Source: the human T2T-CHM13v2.0 reference genome, Homo sapiens
Direction: 5' to 3' (one strand)
NCBI RefSeq assembly: GCF_009914755.1
Contig: NC_060933.1
DNA: 64,000 bases
Positions 56,501 to 64,000 of the stretch are shown one piece after another (positions within the stretch are counted from its first letter, which is position 1; every line of letters begins with the position of its first letter). Below the pieces are notes generated by a model that saw only the letters and a program-made list of their open reading frames with translations, did no database searches and was not told the origin of the DNA. Position numbers and translations under genes: made by a program.

Positions 56501-59500
56501 ATTAACCCGAATAGAATGGAATGGAATGGAATGGAATGGAATGGAATGGTACGGAATAGAATGGAATGGAACGAAATGGAATGGAATGAAATGGAATGGA
56601 ATGGAATGGAATGGAATCAACCCGACTGCAGGGGAATGGAATGGAATTGAAGGCAATGGAATGGAATCATCCGGAATTGAATGGAATGGAATGGAATCAA
56701 CTCGATTGCAATGGAATGGAATGGAATGGAATGGAATGGAATGGAATGGAATGGAATTAACCCGAATAGAATGGAATGGAATGGAATGGAATGGAATGGA
56801 ATGGAAGTAAATGGAATGGAATGTAATGAACCCGAGTGCAGGGGAATGGAATGGAATGGAATGCAATGGAATGGAGTCATCCGGAATGGAACAGAAAGGA
56901 ATGGAATGGAATGAACCCGTGTGCAATGGAATGGAATCGAATGGAATGGAATGGAATGGAATGGATTCAACTCTAATGGAATGGAAGGGAATGGAATCAA
57001 CGCGAGTGGAATGGCATGGAATGGAATGGAATGGAAAGGAATGGAATGGAGTGGAATGGAATGGTACGGAATAGAATGGAATGGAACGAAATGGAATGGA
57101 ATGAAATGAAATGGAATGGAATGGAATGGAATGGAATGGAATGGAATCAACCCGAGTGCAGGGGAATGAAATGGAATTGAAGGCAATGGAATGGAATCAT
57201 CCGGAATTGAATGGAATGGAATGGAATGAACTCGATTGCAATGGAATGGAATGGAATGTAATGGAATGGAATGGAATGGAATGGAATGTAATGGAATGGA
57301 ATGGAATGGAATGGAATGGAATGGAATTAACCCGAATAGAACGGAATGGAATGGAATGGAATGGAATGGAATGGTACGGAATAGAATGGAATGGAACCAA
57401 ATGGAATGGAATGAAATGGAATGGAATGGAATGGAATGGAATGGAAGCAACCCGACTGCAGGGGAATGGAATGGAATTGAAGGCAATGGAATGGAATCAT
57501 CCGGAATTGAATGGAATGGAATGGAATCAACTCGATTGCAATGGAATGGAATGGAATGGAATGGAATGGAATGGAATGGAATGGAATGGAATTAACCCGA
57601 ATAGAATGGAATGGAATGGAATGGAATGGAATGGAAGTAAATGGAATGGAATGTAATGAACCCGAGTGCAGGGGAATGGAATGGAATGGAATGCAATGGA
57701 ATGGAGTCATCCGGAATGGAACAGAAAGGAATGGAATGGAATCAACCCGTGTGCAATGGAATGGAAAGGAATGGAATGGAATGGAATGGAATGGAATGGA
57801 ATGGATTCAACCCGAATGGAATGGAAAGGAAGGGAATCAACCCAAGTGGAATGGCATGGAATGGAATGGAATGGAATGGAATGGAATGGTACCGAATAGA
57901 ATGGAATGGAACCAAATGGAATAGAATGGAATGGAATGGAATGGAATCAACCCGAGTGCAATGGAATGGAGTGGAATGGAATGGAATGGAATGGAAACAA
58001 CCCGAATGGAATGGAATGAAATGGAGTGTAAGGGAATTGAATACAATCAATCCGAATGTAATGGAATGGAATGGAACGGAATGGAATGGAATGGAATGGA
58101 ATGCAGTGGAATGGAATCAAACCTAGTGCAATGGAATGGAATGGAATTGAATGGAATGGAATGGAATGGAATGGATTCAATCCAAATGGAATGGAAAGCA
58201 ATGGAATCAACCCAAGTGGAATGGCATGGAATGGAATGGAATGGAATGGAATGGAATGGAATGGAATGGAATGGAATAGAACGGAATGGACCAAAATGGA
58301 ATGGAATGGAATGGAATGGAATGGAATGGAATCGTTCCGAGTGGAATAGGAGGGAATGTATTCGAGTGGAATGGAAAGGAATGGAATCAACCAGAGTGGA
58401 ATGGAAGGGAATGGAATGGAATGGAAACTAATAGAATGGAATCAACCCGAGTGGAATGGAATGGAAAGGACTGGAATGGAATGGAATGGAATGGAATGGA
58501 ATGGAATCAACTCGATTGGAATGGAATGGAATGGAATGGAATGGAATGGAATGGAATTAACCCGAATACAATGGAATGGAATGGAATGGAACGGAATGGA
58601 GTGGAATGGAATGGAATCAACCCGAGTGCAGGGGAATGGAATGGAATGGAATGCAATGGAATGGAATCATCCGGAATGGAATGGAATGGAATGGAATGCA
58701 AAGCAATGGAATCAACTGGATTGCAATGGAATGGAATGGAATGGAAAGGAAAACATTGGAATCAACCCGAGTGGAATGCAATGGAAAGGACTGTAATGGA
58801 GTGGAATGGAATGGAATGGAATGGAATGGAATGGAATGGAATGGAATGGAATCAACTCGATTGGAATGGAATGGAATGGAATGGAATGGAATGGAATGGA
58901 ATCAACTCGATTGCAATCGAATGGAATGGAATGGAATTAACCCGAATAGAAAGGAATGGAATGGAATGGAACGGAACGGAACGGAATGGAATGGAATGGA
59001 ATGGAATGGAACGGAAAGGAATGGAATGGAATGGAATGGAATGGAATGGAATGGAATGGAATGGAATCAACGCGAGTGCAGGGGAATGGAATGGAATGGA
59101 ATGCAATGGAATGGAATCTTCCGGAATGGAATGGAATGGAATGGAATGGAATGGAATGGAATAAACCCGAATGCAATGGAATGGAGTGGAATGGAATAGA
59201 ATGGAATGGAACAGCCCGAATGGAATGGAATGTAATAGAGAGTAAGGGAGTTGAATAGAATCAATCCGAATGTAATGGAATGGAATGGAACGGAATGGAA
59301 TGGAATGGAATGGAATGGAATGGAATGCAATGGAATGGAATCAACCCGAGTGCAATGGAATGGAGAGGAATGGAATGGAATGGAATGGAAACTACCCGAA
59401 TGGAATGGAATGTAATGGAGAGTAAGGGAATTGAATAGAATCAATCCGAATGGAATGGAATGGAATGGAACGGAATGGAATGGAATGGAATGGAATGCAA

Positions 59501-62500
59501 TGGAATGGAATCAACCCGAGTGCAATCGAATGGAATCGAAAGGAATGGAATGCAATGGAATGGATTCAACTTGAATGGAATGGAAAGAATGGAATCAACA
59601 CGAGTGGAAGGGCATGGATTGGAATGCAATGGAATAGAATCAACCCGAGTACAGGGGAATGGAATGGAATGGAATGCAATGGAATGGAATCATCCGTAAT
59701 GGAATGGAAAGGAATGGAATGGAATGGAATGGAATGGAATGGAATCAACACGATTGCAATCGAATGGAATGGAATGGAATTAACCCGAATAGAATGGAAT
59801 GGAATGGAATGGAACGGAACGGAACGGAATGGAATGGAATGGAATAGAACGGAACGGAATGGAATGGAATAGAATGGAATGGAATGGAATGGAAACAATG
59901 CGAGTGCAGGGGAATGGAATGGAATGGAATGCAATGGAATGGAATCTTCCGGAATGCAATGGAATGGAATGGAATGGAATGGAATGGAATGGAATGGAAT
60001 CAACTCGATTGCAATCGAATGGAATGGAATGGAATTAACCCGAATAGAATGGAATGGAATGGAATGGAACGGAACGGAACGGAACGAAACGGAACGGAAT
60101 GGAATGGAATGGAATGGAATGGAATGGAACGGAAAGGAATGGAATGGAACGGAATGGAATGGAATGGAATGGAATGGAATCAACGCGAGTGCAGGGGAAT
60201 GGAATGTAATGGAATGCAATGGAATGGAATCTTCCGGAATGGAATGGAATGGAATGGAATGGAATGGAATGGAATCAACGCTAGTGCAGGGGAATGGATT
60301 GGAATGGAATGAAATGCAATGGATTCTACTCGATTGCAATGGAATGGAATAGAATGGAATGGAATGGAATGGAATGGAATTAACCCGAATAGAATGGAAT
60401 GGAATGCAATGGAACGGAATGGAACGGAATGGAATGGAATGGAATGGAATGGAATGGAATGGAATGGAATGGTATGGAATGGAATGGAATGGTACGGAAT
60501 AGAATGGAATGTAACGAATTGTAATGGAATGGAATTGAATGGAATGGAATGGAATCAACGCGAGTGCAGGGGAATGTAATGGAACGGAATGCAATGGAAT
60601 TGAATCATCCGGAATGGAATGGAATGGAATGGAATGGAATAGAATGGAATCATCCCGAGTGCAATGGAATGGAGTGGAATGGAATGGAATGGAATGGAAC
60701 AACCCGAATGGAATGGAATGTAATGGAGAGTAAGGGAGTTGAATAGAATCAATCCGAATGTAATGGAATGGAATGCAACGGAATGGAATGGAATGGAATG
60801 CAATGGAATGCAATCAACCCGAGTACAATGGAATGGAATGGAATGGAATGGAATGCCTTCAAACCGAATGGAATGGAAAGGAATGGAATCAACACGAGTG
60901 GAATGGAATGGAATGGAAAGGAATGGAATGGAATGGAATGATACGGAATAGAATGGAATGGAACGAAATGGAATGGAATGGAATGGAATGGAATGGAATG
61001 GAATGGAATCGTTCCGAGTGGAATAGGAGGGAATGTATTCGAGTGGAATGGAAAGGAATGGAATCAACCAGAGTGGAATGGAAGGGAATGGAATGGAATG
61101 GAAACTAATAGAATGGAATCAACCCGAGTGGAATGGAATGGAAAGGACTGGAATGGAATGGAATGGAATGGAATGGAATCAACTCGAGTACAATGGAATG
61201 GAATGGAATGGAACGGAATGGAGTTGAATGGAATGGAATCAACCCGAGTGCAGGGGAATGGAATGGAATGGAATGCAATGGAATGGAATCATCCGGAATG
61301 GAATGGAATGCAAAGCAATGGAATCAACTCGATTGCAATGGAATGGAATGGAATGGAAAGGAATACATTGGAATCAACCCGAGTGGAATGGAATGGAAAG
61401 GACTGGAATGGAGTGGAATGGAATGGAATGGAATGGAATGGAATGGAATCAAGTCGATTGGAATGGAATGGAATGGAATGGAATGGAATGGAATGGAATT
61501 AACCCAAATAGAATGGAATGGAATGGAACGGAACGGAACGGAATGGAATGGAATGGAATGGAATGGAATGGAATCAACCCGACTGCAGGGGAATGGAATG
61601 GAATGGAATGCAATGGAATGAATTCAACTTGAATGGAATGGAAAGAATGGAATCAACACGAGTGGAATGGCATGGATTGGAATGGAATGGAATGGAATGA
61701 ACCCGAGTACAGGGGAATGGAATGGAATGGAATGCAATGGAATGGAATCATCCGTAATGGAATGGAAAGGAATGGAATGGAATGGAATGGAATGGAATGG
61801 AATCAACTCGATTGCAATCGAATGGAATGGAATGGAATTAACCCAAATAGAACGGAATGGAATGGAATGGAACGGAACGGAACGGAATGGAATGGATTGG
61901 AATGGAATGGAACGGAAAGGAATGGAATGGAATGGAATGGAATGGAATGGAATGGAATCAACGCGAGTGCAGGGGAATGGAATGGAATGGAATGCAATGG
62001 AATGGAATCATCCGTAATGGAATGGAAAGGAATGGAATGGAATGGAATGGAATGGAATGGAATCAACTCGATTGCAATCGAATGGAATGGAATGGAATTA
62101 ACCCGAATAGAACGGAATGGAATGGAATGGAACGGAACGGAACGGAATGGAATGGATTGGAATGGAATGGAACGGAAAGGAATGGAATGGAATGGAATGG
62201 AATGGAATGGAATGGAATCAACGCGAGTGCAGGGGAATGGAATGGAATGAAATGCAATGGAATGGAATCTTCCGGAATGGAATGGAATGGAATGGAATGG
62301 AATGGAATGGAATGGAATAAACCCGAATGCAATGGAATGGAGTGGAATGGAATGGAATGGAATGGAAAAACCCGAATGGAATGGAATGTAATAGAGAGTA
62401 AGGGAGTTGAATAGAATCAATCCGAATGTAATGGAATGGAATGGAACGGAATGGAATTGAATGGAATGGAATGGAATGCAATGGAATGGAATCAACCCGA

Positions 62501-64000
62501 GTGCAATGGAATGGAGAGGAATGGAATGGAATGGAATGGAAACTACCCGAATGGAATGGAATGTAATGGAGTGTAAGGGAATTGAATAGAATCAATCCGA
62601 ATGTAATGGAATGGAATGGAACGGAATGGAATGGAATGGAATGGAATGGAATGGAATGGAATTCAATGGAATGGAATCAACCCGAGTGCAATCGAATGGA
62701 ATCGAATGGAATGGAATGCAATGGAATGGATTCAACTTGAATGGAATGGAAAGAATGGAATCAACACGAGTGGAATGGCATGGATTGGAATGGAATGGAA
62801 TGGAATCAACCCGAATACAGGGGAATGGAATGCAATGGAATGGAATCATCCATAATGGAATGCAAAGGAATGGAATGGAATGGAATGGAATGGAATGGAA
62901 TGGAATGGAATGGAATGGAATCAACTCGATTGCAATGGAATGGAATGGAATGGAATTAACCCGAATAGAATGGAATGGAATGGAATGGAACGGAACGGAA
63001 GGGAATGGAATGGAACGGAACGGAATGGAACGGAACGGAACGGAATGGAATGGAATGGAATGGAATGGAATCAACGCGAGTGCAGGGGAATGGAATGGAA
63101 TGGAATGCAATGGAATGGAATCTTCCGGAATGCAATGGAATGGAATGGAATGGAATGGAATGGAATGGAATGGAATCAACTCGATTGCAATCGAATGGAA
63201 TGGAATGGAATTAACCCGAATAGAATGGAATGGAATGGAATGGAACGGAACGGAACGGAACGGAATGGAATGGAATGGAATGGAATGGAATGGAACGGAC
63301 AGGAATGGAATGGAACGGAATGGAATGGAATGGAATGGAATGGAATCAACGCGAGTGCAGGGGAATGGAATGTAATGGAATGCAATGGAATGGAATCTTC
63401 CGGAATGGAATGGAATGGAATGGAATGGAATCAACCCGAGTGCAATGGAATGGAGTGGAATGGAATGGAATGGAATGGAACAACCCGAATGGAATGGAAT
63501 GTAATGGAGAGTAAGGGAGTTGAATAGAATCATTCCGAATGTAATGGAATGGAATGGAATGGAATGGAATTGAATGGAATGGAATGGAATGCAAAGGAAT
63601 GGAATCAACCTGAGTGCAATGGAATGGAGAGGAATGGAAGGGAATGGAATGGAATGGAATCAACCCGAGTGCAGGGGAATGGAATGGAATTGAAGGCAAT
63701 GGAATGGAATCATCCGGAATTGAATGGAATGGAATGGAATCAACTCGATTGCAATGGAATGGAATGGAATGGAATGGAATGGAATGGAATGGAATGGAAT
63801 GGAATGGAATGGAATTAACCCGAAGAGAATGGAATGGAATGGAATGGAAGTAAATGCAATGGAAGGTAATGAACCCGAGTGCAGGGGAATGGAATGGAAT
63901 GGAATGGAATGCTATGGAATGGAGTCATCCGGAATGGAACGGAAAGGAACGGAATGGAACCAACCCGTGTGCAATTGAATGGAAAGGAATGGAATGGAAT
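50541..64000 (+). repeat. HSat3 block 4, GGAAT on + strand, mosaic: type A ~50550-54950, B-like ~54950-58300, type A ~58300-63640, B-like ~63640-64000
   Basis: The A and B marker sets alternate. 63660-64000 repeats the module order of 37885-38230 (GAATTGAAGGCAA, GAAGTAAATG, GAAGGTAATGAACCCGAG, GAACCAACCCGTGTGCAA). Confidence 0.8.
51697..63406 (+). promoter_or_regulatory. Nine perfect 3-unit heat-shock-element matches (51697, 53940, 54788, 59113, 59941, 60226, 62264, 63117, 63392)
   Basis: GGAATCTTCCGGAAT, only in type A segments of this block. Function untested. Confidence 0.5.

Larger units (their letters stand above)
1..64000. repeat. Satellite 3 (HSat3/SatIII-type) (GGAAT)n/(ATTCC)n tandem array, pericentromeric-type heterochromatin of human or a closely related primate
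   Basis: Long runs of perfect GGAAT pentamers across the entire window, broken by CAACCCGAGT, CAACTCGATT and TTAACCCGAAT decamers. CAACCCGA(A/G)T(GGAAT)n is the established SatIII signature. No unique-sequence stretch seen. Confidence 0.97.

Noticed and set aside
126-63978. Hundreds of ORFs up to 455 aa (MEWNG and HSIPF repeats)
   Set aside because: A stop-free 5-bp repeat gives the same 5-aa cycle in every frame. The ORFs overlap in all six frames, flip with array orientation and show no domain-like sequence.
1-64000. CRISPR-like arrangement of a recurring motif (CAACCCGAGT) with intervening sequence
   Set aside because: The intervening DNA is the GGAAT repeat itself rather than unique spacers, and there are no cas genes or leader.
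1-64000. Assignment to HSat2, or to a specific chromosome or HSat3 subfamily
   Set aside because: Long perfect pentamer runs and CAACCCGAGT indicate HSat3 rather than the CATTCGATTC-rich HSat2. Chromosome, subfamily and exact species need a k-mer or alignment search that I cannot run.
1-64000. Pathogenic (TGGAA)n expansion (SCA31-like) or G-quadruplex array
   Set aside because: There is no flanking gene context, and the array is a structured satellite. G-tracts are mostly GG with isolated GGGG, so no canonical G3 quadruplex pattern was seen.

Overview
The whole 64 kb is primate (human-type) satellite 3 (HSat3/SatIII) heterochromatin: (GGAAT)n pentamers broken every few dozen bases by the classic CAACCCGA(G/A)T motif and its variants. 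I see no credible gene, RNA gene, transposon or CRISPR array. Every ORF in the track (MEWNG.../HSIPF...) is a translation of the pentamer. The structure lies in how the array is organised. (1) An 18-kb reverse-oriented block (15531-33580) is bounded by two sharp junctions, each flanked by mirror copies of local sequence, which fits fold-back inverted duplication better than a simple inversion. (2) Two distinguishable sequence types, called A and B here, are interleaved. (3) There is a near-identical ~7.7-kb tandem duplication in the B domain and many nested 84 bp-3 kb duplications. (4) 26 perfect three-unit heat-shock elements (nGAAnnTTCnnGAAn) occur only in type A. I found no new protein-coding system. 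All comparisons were made by eye, so boundaries are approximate, and species, chromosome and HSat3 subfamily cannot be assigned without a search.
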